This document shows, piece by piece, positions 35,022 to 46,230 of a stretch of 64,000 bases of DNA. The stretch's first letter is position 1. Each line of letters starts with the position of its first letter. This DNA is from Macrostomum lignano (lineage: Eukaryota): contig NIVC01000414.1 in assembly GCA_002269645.1 (NCBI GenBank), positions 248,001 to 312,000 on the forward strand, in the 5' to 3' direction. The translations under genes and the position numbers were made by a program. Under the pieces are notes generated by a model that had not been told where the DNA came from, made no database searches, and was given only the letters and a program-made list of their open reading frames with translations.

Positions 35022-35601
35022 TTGCCGTATCCGTTCTGAGACTGAGTCTTCTTATAGCCTTGCAGTCGAGGTTTTTTTGGACTGGACTTTTCTTCCCGAG
35101 GCTTTTCCAGCAATTTTGTAGTGTTCAGACCAACTGCAGACAGAGGCACGTGGTTTTCTTGAAGACACGTAACAAACTCATTAATCCCATTCGGTGGCTG
35201 AAGGTACTTAGAGTACGTATCTTTAACTATGAAATGCAGCAGGTCCACGATATTTGAGTTGTACAACGGTTTACCATTGACAGAAACTTCATACGTATCA
35301 TCTATGCTAATCGACTTGCACTTTACGGTTATGAAGCTAATCAATGCCTGCAGACGATGATGCCATTTCTGATTCACCGTCAGAAATAACACCTCCTTCC
35401 ACTGCGCTGCGGTTCTTTGTGAATTACTGGAGACTGTTCTTGGGTCGCACTTGCCTGCAGCTGCTGCACGCAACGCTCGTCCCTAATCTTGCGCAACTGT
35501 TTTTCCGCCTCTAGCTCGGGTTCACAGACTGTCTCCATGCCCCTCTGATTCACAAGTGCCTCATACTGCAACCGGGGTACCAGTATCATTTCCTTGTACA
35601 T
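35000..35601 (-). pseudogene. Conserved Polinton protein (homologue of 19017-19709), frameshifted near 35400-35450
   Basis: MYKEMILVPRLQYE in one frame; SVNGKPLYNSNIVDLLH..PNGINEF..HVPLSAVG in another. Confidence 0.75.
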
Positions 35602-36403
35602 GTCTTTTTATACAGGTGAAAATCAGAGGAAGACAACGAAGGATATGCGGGTGTGAGAGATTGCGCCGAGCCTCTTTCACACTTTTGCTTTGTGCAACAA
35701 GCCGGAGAGTCTTTCGATATCGCCTGAGTCTCCGCTTCAAGCTATCTTCACAGCCAACTTTTCCTGCTAGTAAGTTGATAATACACTCGATCAAAAAGCA
35801 AATGGTGCTTTTATTTGCATAGGTAAGTATGCAGCGACGCAAGGATATAAGCGGGTGAAAATCAAGCAGCAGATAGCGCTGATATCCATCTCGCACCAAT
35901 CGATCCATCAGTTCTACTAGCAGAGTGCGCCGTTTGGGAAAGCATTGCTGACTTAAAGCTTGGACCGCAGAGGTGTCTCTGGGGTTGTTGAACAACACAA
36001 TGTAGGTGCAATTTATGCTAATTGTGTGCCACTCTCTGCCTTTGAAAAATAGATTTTGCGTGATGAGAATGACAAAGCAGGGCTTGTGGTGGGCCTTACG
36101 GGTGAACAGATGTCGTAGCTCTCGACTTGCAGCTGCTTCATCCAGTAAATCGTCAATCACAATCAGGTCATGGGGCTGCAGATCCAAATTCGATAATCCT
36201 TCACATAGTTGCACTCCTAGCCGCTGCAGAGTCGCGTGGAGTTCCGGCTGCGGGCATCCGTGATACCAAATCATCCGCTTGGGAGGTTGGTCGAACAGAA
36301 GCAGTCGTTGGGACAGCAACCGCAAACAGAATGTTGATTTTCCCGCTCGAGAAGGGCCCGAAATCATCATGCAGCCGCCCATCCGCAGTCTGAAATCAAG
36401 CAC
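35561..36403 (-). pseudogene. Packaging ATPase of element 2, fused in frame by deletion (near 35851) to the small basic ORF
   Basis: Walker A GPSRAGKS, Walker B LIVIDDL, HHKPCFVILITQN, NNPRD and LLLDFHP, followed directly by the homologue of 19675-20013. Confidence 0.88.
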
Positions 36404-36869
36404 CTTGCAACTGATTTTTGAGTCTGAGTATGATTGCATCGTTTTGAGCCACAGCTGCCGGGTGCAAAACCTTGATGAACGAGGCATTATATGACATTCT
36501 CGTATGCAGTCGATGGATCAAGTAAAAAATGCAATACCAGCCGCATAGAGTTGACGAACTGGGCTGAACAGGGACCGTATTCCATTGTAGCACCATCCGC
36601 ATCGGTTTAGTTTTCTTTAACCAGCTCTTCATATTTTTACTCATGCCTCCCAAAGAGTTTAAACTTTCACAATGCACTTTACTGGTTACTACTCCAGCAA
36701 TCCAGTGACCGCACTCATCATTTCATGGCTCATTTAAAATGAAGCAGCAGGGTCGGCAGGTTGAATCGAAAAATGGTGTCACTGTTCCAACTGTAAAAAT
36801 TCCGCAATAGGCATCCCGCACAGATGTGGGGCAGCGAGAAATGAACGCTTCCAACTCTTCGGAATTCAT
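36396..36869 (-). pseudogene. Adenain-like cysteine protease of element 2 with one in-frame TGA near 36723
   Basis: MNSEELE..FILNEP*NDECGHWIA..LNSLG..VQPSSSTLCGWYC. Confidence 0.85.
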
Positions 36870-38104
36870 GCTCTGCGATAATCCAGCCGCACATCCCTCT
36901 CTTTAGTGATTTCCATGCATGAGTCATACACGCACAAGCAGATGAGTGTGACTGGCTGTGCGAGAGCGTTGGAAAAGCGAATATCCAGTCGTAGTTGACC
37001 CTGCCTATGACCAAACCAGCTGCCTACTTTATCGCCACTTGGACTAAGGTCAAACGCAAGCAGATAGGCACTAGCGGGTTAGCAATAATTTCCACCGAGA
37101 CTGCGGGCAAACTGCAAAAATTGGGATGAGTGCTGCTGCTGTGGTTCTATGGGCTGCCCAGTAATTGGCTCTCCATTGACAAACAGGCTTAAACTATTCA
37201 ATCCAAATGCTTGGAACCAAAACGGGTTGTGGTGCAGAGATCCATTGAAAGCTGTCTGGCTGACCATTCCAAGGAGCACAAATGCGTGATTGAATCAAGA
37301 CTCTTGTTTCTTGTCCCAACAGAAAATGTGAATGTCTGAAGCTCTCTTCTATCAGTGGTAGAGAGTATTACGTTGTGAGAGCCCCTGTTCATGTGCGAGA
37401 GCTACTGTTGGGTTTACTCGGAGACGCCTCAAAAGCAGAACAGCATTGTCGACTTCAACACGGTATTGAACACCATTATTGGGTACCATCAATGAAAAAG
37501 CGCTGCAATGCCGGGTCAATTTGACCTGCAGGCTGATTTGGTTTAGCAGATACTGCCGGATTGAGAAAATGTCTGAAAACAACGGGCCGGCATATTGCAC
37601 AACAGCAGAAGCCTCATGCAATCTCGCACGATTTGTGAATCCATGATTTTGCTCCCCAATGGTGTCACTCTCTCCAGCGGTGTCTGGATAATAACCTGCG
37701 GCCGCCAGTTCTTGAAGCTGGTTGGCATTGCTGCTGGTCAGCACTTGAAGCATTGCTCGATATGGGTAGAGCTGGTCCCCACCACTCACAACCCTCTGGT
37801 TGAGTTTTACAGTGACATCACGAAACAGGCTGGCAAGCGGGGGATTCGATAGTCCGACATGGACATCATCTTCATTAGTCAGCTCTGCATTGTTTATCAC
37901 ACGAGTTATCCGGCAAGTGACTTGCAGCACTGTGGCGTGCAGATCGGTGTAGTCCTCAGAGGAGGCGTGGCAGTCGAATTCAATCGGTGCATCAGGAGTC
38001 GTGAGACTGCCGATGGGATGAAAGTCCATGAAGTGAGACCTATCCACACCAATTTCATGCGTCTTTGGCTCAAACAGGTTGAGCCGTGGATTTGTCCGAT
38101 ACAT
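36866..38104 (-). pseudogene. Major capsid protein of element 2, nearly full length with several frameshifts in the 3' third
   Basis: LNLFEP, FHPIGSL..PIEF, DYTDL, LYPYRA, YAGPLFSDIF, AFNGSLHHNPFWFQ, AFDLSP and GQLRLDIRFSNAL..VTLICL; stop at 36866. Confidence 0.92.
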
Positions 38105-38373
38105 TATGAGAGTGAATCGAGCACTCGGTTGACTGTTTTGTATGATATCTTGCGCTTTTTTGTGGGCACTGGCTTGCTCTACTTTGGTTTGATTTTTGGC
38201 GTTTTCTTATGTTTTATTTTTTTCTGCGATGGAGGTGGTATGCGGGAAAGGAGAACTGCATTTTCATGAGTCTCAGGGGGCAGTCGAGATAGCAGCGATG
38301 TGGGTTATCCGTGCCCATGAGGAAGTTTGAAGCAACTGCCTCGATAAAACTCGGTCACTTGTCGAATGTCCAT
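38104..38373 (-). pseudogene. Small basic core-protein-like ORF between penton and MCP, two in-frame stops
   Basis: MDIRQVTEFYRG..HGHG*...KKIKHKKTPKIKPK*SKPVPTKKRKI..; its TAA overlaps the MCP ATG (TAATG). Position is typical of Maverick core-like genes (inference). Confidence 0.5.
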
Positions 38374-39136
38374 GACTCACGCAGCTCAAAAGTCAAGACT
38401 GTGGGTCCAAAGAGTAATCGGATAGATTCGATGCAGTTGATCGGTCGTAGCCGTATTTGCATGTGTGTTAAGCGGTGGTTTGCTGCTATTGGGAAGAATA
38501 GCTTATTCTTATAGATGAATTCCGACCGGTGACCCTGCAAAAGACCACCAATATTCAAAGTCTGCAGTGCTGGAGTAAACAGTTTCCAATACAGCGCGGG
38601 CTAATCTGATCGCACTCAACAAGCAGCAAATCCGTATTCCAGGCCGGGTTCATGCCAGGTCGTTCAAAGCATCCTGCCTGCTCGCTATAGGTTGTCTGCG
38701 CAGCACCAAAGATTTTCCCCAGCTGGCTGTTTTCTGGAAAGATAAATCTCTCACAGATCCCAGCGATTTGATAGTATACATGATGGCTAACTGAATCAAG
38801 GGTAGATTTAATTAGATGCACATTTATAGGTGTTTCGCCAATTCCAGACTCATCAAAATCTTTTACAATCAGTAGGGCATTTACTGCATCAATCAGCTCA
38901 TTCAAGTCATCGTAGCGCCCAGCTGGAATTTCAGCACATTGCATTGAACCCTCAAGCTGATAATATAGCGACAATGGATGAGAGATGGTGTAGATGCAGT
39001 TGATAAAACTGATTCCAAGCAGAGCCAACTCATAATCCAAAGCAGAATCCAGCAGCACAGGATGCAACAGCTCAGAAGTAAAGTTGGCCGGGTCATCATC
39101 GGGGCCGGACATTACCTGAAATCTTTGCCTTTTCAT
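38355..39136 (-). pseudogene. Minor capsid protein (penton) of element 2; 1-nt deletion in a T-run near 38580
   Basis: NFTSEL..YELAL..ISF..IPAGRYDDLNELIDAVN..LVECDQI..IG, then in the next frame TPALQTL..FFPI..MQIRLR..TVLTFELR. Confidence 0.8.
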
Positions 39137-39325
39137 ATTTTTCTTAAGTCTTTTTCGTCAATCCAACTGGGTTTTTCTGAATCGCGCCACTGAACCAAAT
39201 ACCGAATCTTTCCACTCTTCAGCTTCTTAATGTTGAGAACCTTGTCGATGATCCACAGCTTCTTGTTTCCAGTCACTTGCTGCATTTCCGGCTCGTAAAA
39301 CTTGCCTTCCAACTCTTCTCCTCGG
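39133..39325 (-). pseudogene. C-terminal tail plus chromodomain of a Polinton retroviral-like integrase (core deleted)
   Basis: GEELEGKFYEPEMQQV..WIIDKVL..KIRYLVQWRD..SWID, characteristic of the Maverick integrase C-terminus. Confidence 0.8.
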
Positions 39326-39326
39326 G

Positions 39327-42258
39327 CAACCTTGCTTTGCGTTCGCAAGTATACAAGCAGTGGTCCTTAGGATAATTAAAGGTGTCCAGCAGCTCCATTT
39401 CGCACAGTTTAGGCAGAAACCATCGCTCGCCATCAGCATTCTTTAAGTGGAGGAAGAAAGAGCCAGTGTCACCGCCGAGCAGACTGAGGCTCGCACATGG
39501 TAACTGATTGACCAGAGGAAGCAGCTTATCATACCACAAGCTGTACATAATGAGTTTGCTGTTATCAAGGACACACTGTCCGATGTACACCGGTTTGTTG
39601 AGCTCGACTGTTGTCTTGCGCATGTGGACGAGAACAAGATTCTCATTAAATATCTCTTGATCTTCAAAGTTAGGTTTAGCTGCGAGCTTCTCCAACTTCT
39701 CTGCTGAGTTGACCAGGCGGTAGTCAAAGCGTTTGCGCACGTTCTCCATGGTCTTCCCAAACAGAGAGTTGTTCAGCAGCTTATTATAATCCTTTTCAAA
39801 CTCATTTTTGGCTTGTGCACGCCGCTCACTATTACGCCGAATGTAAGGCTCGAGTACTGCTGCTTGCTGAAAGCGAACTAAGCAGTAGACCGTACGCAGC
39901 CTAAGACCTAGACGGAGATAAAACTGTAGGATTCTGGCGTGTACAACATAGCTGGTTTTATCAAAGCATGTCAACATCAACTTGTCGCCTCCAGAATTAT
40001 ATCCTCCACAAGAGAGCCTCCGACTAGAAAGTAGTTCCCAGAGCTGCTGCTGATGCGGCGGCATCCATTCCCATTGAGGCTGCGCCTTCTCCGGAGCAAG
40101 GGGAAAGTCTGATGTCTTGTCGTGCAACTCTGGAGGGTAATGGAGATCAACCTTAAGCAAGTATCCAACATCGCCCTCTGGGTCAAACTCATCCCTGATC
40201 CATCTCTCAACCTCATTGATTGGTGGTACAGTGTCAAGTACCTGGAACCCACACCATGGCAGTTTGGTGGACAAGGCGTGTCCGTAGAGGTTGTTGGCGT
40301 CGATGGGGATAAGATAGCTTTGAGGTTGATGTGAATCATACAGTTCACCGAGTCCGGGATGGTTGGCTTTGGCTCTGTGTGTGTTGACAAATATCATACC
40401 ACCACGAGTACCCTCTTCAAATAAGCTGTACAACTCTGGACATTGCAGCAATTCAAGCTCCAATTTACAGTACTTAAGCGCTGCTTCGAAAGACATTCCC
40501 GGCGTCGTTATAAAATGCACTGGGTCTAGCCCATCCGAAGTGAGGCTCATTCGACGAAACGCCTCGAACACATCGGCGAGCTGACGAATGTCCATTTCAA
40601 GGTATGCAAGCATGTAGTCGCGCAGTGTCTTACATCCAAACTCTCTCCAGGCACGCTGGGCAGTTGCGACTATCTATTCAATATCTATTCACAACAAGTG
40701 TGAATCATAACCTCGGAAATTGTGAAAAAAGATTGGAAGAAAGTCGCGCTTGAGAACAGCTGACTCATTACACGACGGGCATGCAGCACCCAAAAACTTG
40801 CCATTGAGATGATCATGATGAAAGTGGCGATCGTCATCAAGAACTTTCTCGCACAAGCAGCAATGAGTGGCAGTCTGGAACTGCTCTTCCTCCTGGACAG
40901 AGCGAATGGCAGGGCAGTGACTATGTCGCGCATTCCACTTGTATGCTGCAATGGCGACAGCCTCCAGTGCCTGTAGGAAGTGCATCATGCACTCATCCGA
41001 CTTTGAAAACAGCTGCATAGGACGTTCGGAGAGTGGAGGCCCAGCTACGTCACTTCTTTGGACAATAAGGAATCCGGCAGCGGCTGGAAGGTGGTGTGCA
41101 GTCTTAAAGGTAGCACAGCCATCTAGCTCATCGTCTATGGGGGACATCATTGCTTCAAAATCTGCATAGATGACATGAGGTGGGGAGAGTGTTTTGTGCC
41201 ATGCCTTGAATCGTAGTGTTTTATCCTTTGGCATCACCTCCTCCATGCTATCCTTACGGCCAATGCACCGCCGTCTATGAACGGATAGAGACTCAACCGT
41301 CCGGAACTTGCCTAGACAGCGATCGCACCAACGATATCTATGCGCGTCATGACTGTTCATTAGACGATCTAGGTTAGCAATAGCACACCAATGGTTGCCG
41401 GCATCAGTGGTAACCAATAGAAGCAGGATCAATCGGTGAGGTCGCCATTCCTGAATGAGATCTGCTGGGGCTGGGCGCAAGCTCTGGGCATGGCCGTTAG
41501 TCCATTTGAAGGCCGAGATGGCCAATCCTGGATTGTTCTTCTCCACTCGGCCTAGGTCATTCACGTTGGCAGGGAAAGGTACATTTTCCCAACAAAGTTC
41601 GTCTTCCCACTCACGGAAAGTGGAGCGTCGCAAAGGCTTCTCACTGCTAACACGGTCAGCGTGCAATGCAGACAGAACGGCATATTTCAGACAGTCGTTC
41701 CCATTGGAGTAGGCATTGATGACTGCCCTTTTAGCCTTTAGCTTTGGTGGAAGTTCAAATGGGTTGGAACTTATACCTGAGCCATGAGGCAACTGATATC
41801 TTACAATGGAAAGATCTACGGAGTCAATTGTCCACCAACTGCCATTGCGAAGGTATTTGCTCAGTCGTTCCAAAATAAATGGGATTTCCCGAACAAAGAA
41901 ATCTTCTTCCTCATCTGAAAGGACTGGCGAACCAGGCTGTGCTCTGCGCCACAAAGCTGCCACCAGCCCAACGCTGCATAGACACGCCGAGTCGGATTTG
42001 GACCTTGATGGCAAAGCCTGGTTTCGAACGCAGATCTGCCAGGAGTTCTGTGCCTGAAGCAATGGATGACTCCAGGGCGTCGATGGGATGGCCGGCAACG
42101 ATCCGCCGATAGAGTCGCGTCTGGCCGAAAAATGCTTCTTTAATTAATTGGAATTGACACGGTTCATCAGAAAATAAAGTTGGAATAATTGGGCACACTG
42201 AGTAGTGAGCTAATATGTCACCGGCCACTGTCTGACTACAGTATTCGCAAAATGTCAT
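39327..42258 (-). pseudogene. pPolB of element 2; frameshift near 41915, about 140-aa internal deletion near 40680, C-terminus deleted, motif C reads DTGS
   Basis: N-terminal CxxC..H...C zinc finger; GSWW, KRAVIN, IYADFE, HDHLNGKFLGAACPSCN, PIDANNLYG, KLLNNSLFGK and GGDTGS. Confidence 0.92.
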
Positions 42259-42769
42259 GTTTAAAATTTAGAACGCAAAATTTTAACTCTTTAAAAAACT
42301 CTAGGACTGAAAAACTGTGAGCTTTCCTTCCGGTTGTGCGCGAGATTATATACGACGGGAGTTAATAAGTAAGACCAGCTCCCGCTCCATAGCAATAACC
42401 AATCCGAACCCCGAATCCAACCCCACACAGCAGCCCTTTCGCAGGAACTTTCGGCAAATCAGGAGCCCTTCCGGGGACCACTCAGCCATTTACGTAACAG
42501 GAGGTGGCGGGACCTTCTTGCGGCCCTCTGGCCGCCAAGAAGTAGCGTTCTAGGTCTAACGACCTCACGCTGTACCCGCCACAGCAAGATAGAGTACAAC
42601 CAAAAGCATGGAATGAGGGTTTTGCCTCGGCTAGCTTTAAAGGCGGTAAGTGAGACAGGTAATAAGACTTGGGTTTAGGAATTAGGAGGGGGGAATTGGT
42701 TTTGGTTAGGGTACAGGATAGAAGGACCTTGCTACATGGGATGGGGCAAGGCGTAGGATAGGAGGGGGC

Positions 42770-42900
42770 CTTGGTATGGGATGCATGGGGTGCAGGACAG
42801 GAGGGGGCCTTGGTATGGGATGCACGGGGTGCAGGACAGGAGGGGGCCCGGTTTGGGGTCGGGGTGGGTTTGGGGGTCGGGGTGGGTTTGGTGTCGGGGG
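42770..42900. repeat. G-rich short tandem repeats (39-bp unit about 2x plus gggtttggggtcgggg)
   Basis: Direct reading. Confidence 0.7.
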
Positions 42901-43405
42901 GCGTCTTCGGGGGCGCCCTCTCCCCTCATTGGCCGGGTGCCCCGGCCAATCCCGTGCGATGGCGGTGGAGGGTACCACTTTCCTACTACTTATGCAGATT
43001 TTTAGTTTTCACTAGGCAAATGAGTCACTGTTGGCGCTCCCTTTCACAAAAGTAATAAAATAGTCACTAGAAGTTAACTCTGCGTGGGCATCGTAGGATT
43101 TCATTCAGAATAGATATTTATTTCTTATGTAGTGAAAATTAAAAAGTACAGCAGATTTATTATCGGAATAAACATTTCCACCCAGCACACTTTACATTTT
43201 AATTAGATTTGAGCTGTGCAAAACTGGAGCAGCTCCAATCGCTGGCGTCTGGAATGTGAAACTCTGAGAGTGTTTTGAATAAATATTTTAGTCAAAAAGG
43301 TTCGGACAAAAAACTACTTCACGAGCTAGTTCACTAAATCACAATTTAGTATTAAAAAGTTCAGTTTAATAAACATGAGTAGGTGCAGCTCCTTCCAGGT
43401 GAGAA

Positions 43406-44635
43406 TCACTTTTCTATGTCAAATGGTGACAGGCATTCACAAAACGCGCCATTTTCGAAGGTTTTCACAGACATCGGACAGTCGTTCAGCAATGGAAAGC
43501 CGCTCCATCTGCACGCATAATTCTCAATTTTACCACCGTTATCAGGCTGTCCTTTCTGCCACAGATTGGGATCGATGGGGATCCGGCAGTTGTGCCAAAA
43601 CCAGCCGCCTGCCGGTTCCTTGCTTCCGGGATCTTGACGGCCTCCGAGAAAAAAGACTAAATTTCGATTTCGGCGCCGTCTGAACCATCTGTCATGTAGG
43701 TGCAATAAGTAAAAATACTTGGCCCTGTCGATCGGCTCGGCCATGATGGTGAGTCCTCTCTCAGCATTGCAGCTGGCCAAGGCCGAGTCCCAGCGACCCG
43801 AGCTCGGCCGAACGAATTTGTACTTCACGCCACACCTGGCGAAGGATTGGGAAGAGAAGCGATATCGCCTTTGACTCTGCGTTCGATTCTCGATGCATTT
43901 ATATTAGCCTGGGGCTATCCGTGGAACTAAAATTCATGAAGACAAACCCAAAAGCACAGAGTAACAGGGAATTGAGGGCGGCCGTGCACCTTGTGTGACT
44001 GTGTCATTTCCAGCGTACCCAAGGGTTCACTAAATTGTTTAGCAAAGCTAGAACACATCGCTGGCTGGCACACAGGAAACCCAAAAGACACCCAGGGCGC
44101 TAAGCGAAACAAAAATGCACCTGTCGTGATGAAAGTCGGCCGGACACAAGGTGCCCGGTCGCAAGCCCGGCTGTCGCCTCACGTACAGCTTGGCGACGCG
44201 ATTGCAGCTGCACTTGCGCACGTTCTTGCTGCACTTGTCAAACAAAAACAGTCTGCAGTGTCCACCCATCGTTGTGAAGGCTTGGCAGGTCTTGAATAAA
44301 CTGCAGACTGCTGCGCATCTCTTGCGCGATTTTATGAAAACGAACCTGAAGACGTATTTGGACTCGATGCAGTCCCGGCCGAAAACGGGATGGTAGTTTT
44401 TCAGATAAGCTGGCTTGTCTGAAGCTGGCTTGTCTGAATCTGGCTGGTCTGAAATCGGTTCAGAGCGGTATCAGAGGCTTGCACAAAGCTATCTGTGCGG
44501 TACCTGGTTCAAAGAAGATTATACTCTTGGAAATGTGGGACCTTCTTATTAGCTCTCACCTGCCCAGTCAGCGGCTGCAATCAGGCTCAGGGCGAGAACA
44601 GCCAGTCCGATGGCGAGCTTGTTATAATTGCTCAT
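43406..44635 (-). CDS. Secreted PAN/apple-like plus C-type lectin protein, QPD type; exons 44635-44560, 44448-44121, 43835-43406
   Basis: Signal peptide MSNYNKLAIGLAVLALSLIAAA; C..C...C..CQAFT..C.LF; CTLD FLGG..W.W..LWQKGQPDNGGKIENY..LND..FCEC. Splice phases 1 and 2 are consistent; the second donor (gtgcat) is weak. Confidence 0.8.
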
Positions 44636-45431
44636 GTTGGGCAGCAATTTTCCGGATTGAATTGAGACGCGGTGGTTTTTACGCTTTGAGTATTTGTATT
44701 TTCCAGATAGAATGCTTCTTGAGCAGTGCGGTAGCCACTGCTTATTGCACAAATACTGCTGTGAATTCACCTGTATATATATTCTATAATTCAGAAATAA
44801 TTCACGGATATGCAAGGGAGATGAAAGCAAAATATCTGCCTTTCTCACATGCAGAAAGCGTTAGTCTCCCGGTTTTGTTCAGGCCGGATATCTTGGATTT
44901 ACGAACTCGTAAATTCGCGGCATCCTGTGTGGAATATCCCGACTTCTTAGCATATTTAATACCGCAATGAGAGCGCCAAAGTGAGTGCACTCATTCTGTT
45001 TGAGCTTGGAATAGGTGTACAGTATATTTTTGGGCTGGAGTGGAAAGAGATGGAGTGGAGAGAGAAGAAAAAAGAGATGGTCGCGCGCTTCACCTTGGCA
45101 TGATGCTGTGATGCCCAAGAAGCGAAGAGATGAAATTCTTTCAAATGCGTTAGCTATTTTCTCCAGCTTACAATAGTGAGTCGGGTAAAGTGCGTAGGCA
45201 GCGCAAGGACCACTAGAAGATACTTGGACGCAACACTAAAATATTGCAAAGTATTTGAAGGCTCACTTGTTTGCATTGCAGCTAAGAATTATGTGCTCAT
45301 AACTGTGTATCAGCTGCGCTTGAAATGATGACATTTCGCTAGTTTTTTTTTAATTTTATTGTCTCTAAGACTGCCTAGCGTCTAAATCTTAGCCCTATGC
45401 TGACTAGGCTGAAAAGAAAAGTAAATGCACT

Positions 45432-46230
45432 TCATATATCAAAGCAGGATGCCACACCGTCGGAAGAAGACAGCTGTGATGACCTTGCGGACACTTCTCT
45501 CGCGTAGGAATGTGATGTGGGCATCCTTCTCGAAGGCAATCCACTGCTTGCTCTGGGATTTCGTCTCTGGGTTAAAAAAGTGAGGATATCTCCTGTCAGG
45601 ATATTGTCCACCAATTTTGAAGCCCCTGCATCGAAATTGTTAAGCATGAAGTTAGCGAACTCAACACGAGCTTGCATCTGGGTCGGGTTCAAATGATGGG
45701 GCACCCAACGCGCAGACACTTTCCTCATGCCCAGATGATCATCCAAGATGGAAATGGCGCTTGAATCCGAAATTCCGACATGTTTCTTGATTTCGCGATC
45801 CGTCACTCGTCGATCTTCATCGAGCCGTCTTCGGACGCTGGCCACTGATGCGTTCGTAATAGTCGAATTGTTCATCATCGTCCAGCTCCAGGCAGCAACA
45901 ACGGGAACGACCAAACCGCTTGTACACCATCGTCTGGGTTGGCGCTTCATTACCCAATGCTTTTTGAAGCATCTGCAGGCACTCAGGGGCAGATTGGCCA
46001 AGTCGAAATTGAACAAGAATTGCGACTCGTCTGTCACACTCTGTCAATCGCAGGACAGGGTCTGGTGTTGTATCACTTTTTCGACCACTGCGTCGTCGCA
46101 TTTTAGTGAAAGGGGCCGAAAATTGAAATAAAAGACTTCAGTATCTACTGAAAGAATTGCATAAAATCTTATTCTATTTGCTTAAAAGGAAGTTCAATTT
46201 TCCGCGAACGTATTTAGCAACCCTCCACAG
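45432..46230 (-). mobile_element. Mariner (Tc1/mariner) transposase fragment, frameshifted and 3'-truncated; one candidate TIR near 46205-46230
   Basis: HTH region (FRLGQSAPECLQML..ALGNEAP..TMVYK), RKVSARWVPHHL and ILTGD; gagggttgcta-like terminus on the minus strand. Confidence 0.85.

Larger units (their letters stand above)
34611..42350 (-). mobile_element. Polinton/Maverick element 2, decayed with internal deletions; termini not identified
   Basis: All on the minus strand: pPolB, integrase chromodomain tail, penton, core-like ORF, MCP, protease, ATPase, three conserved ORFs. Confidence 0.92.
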
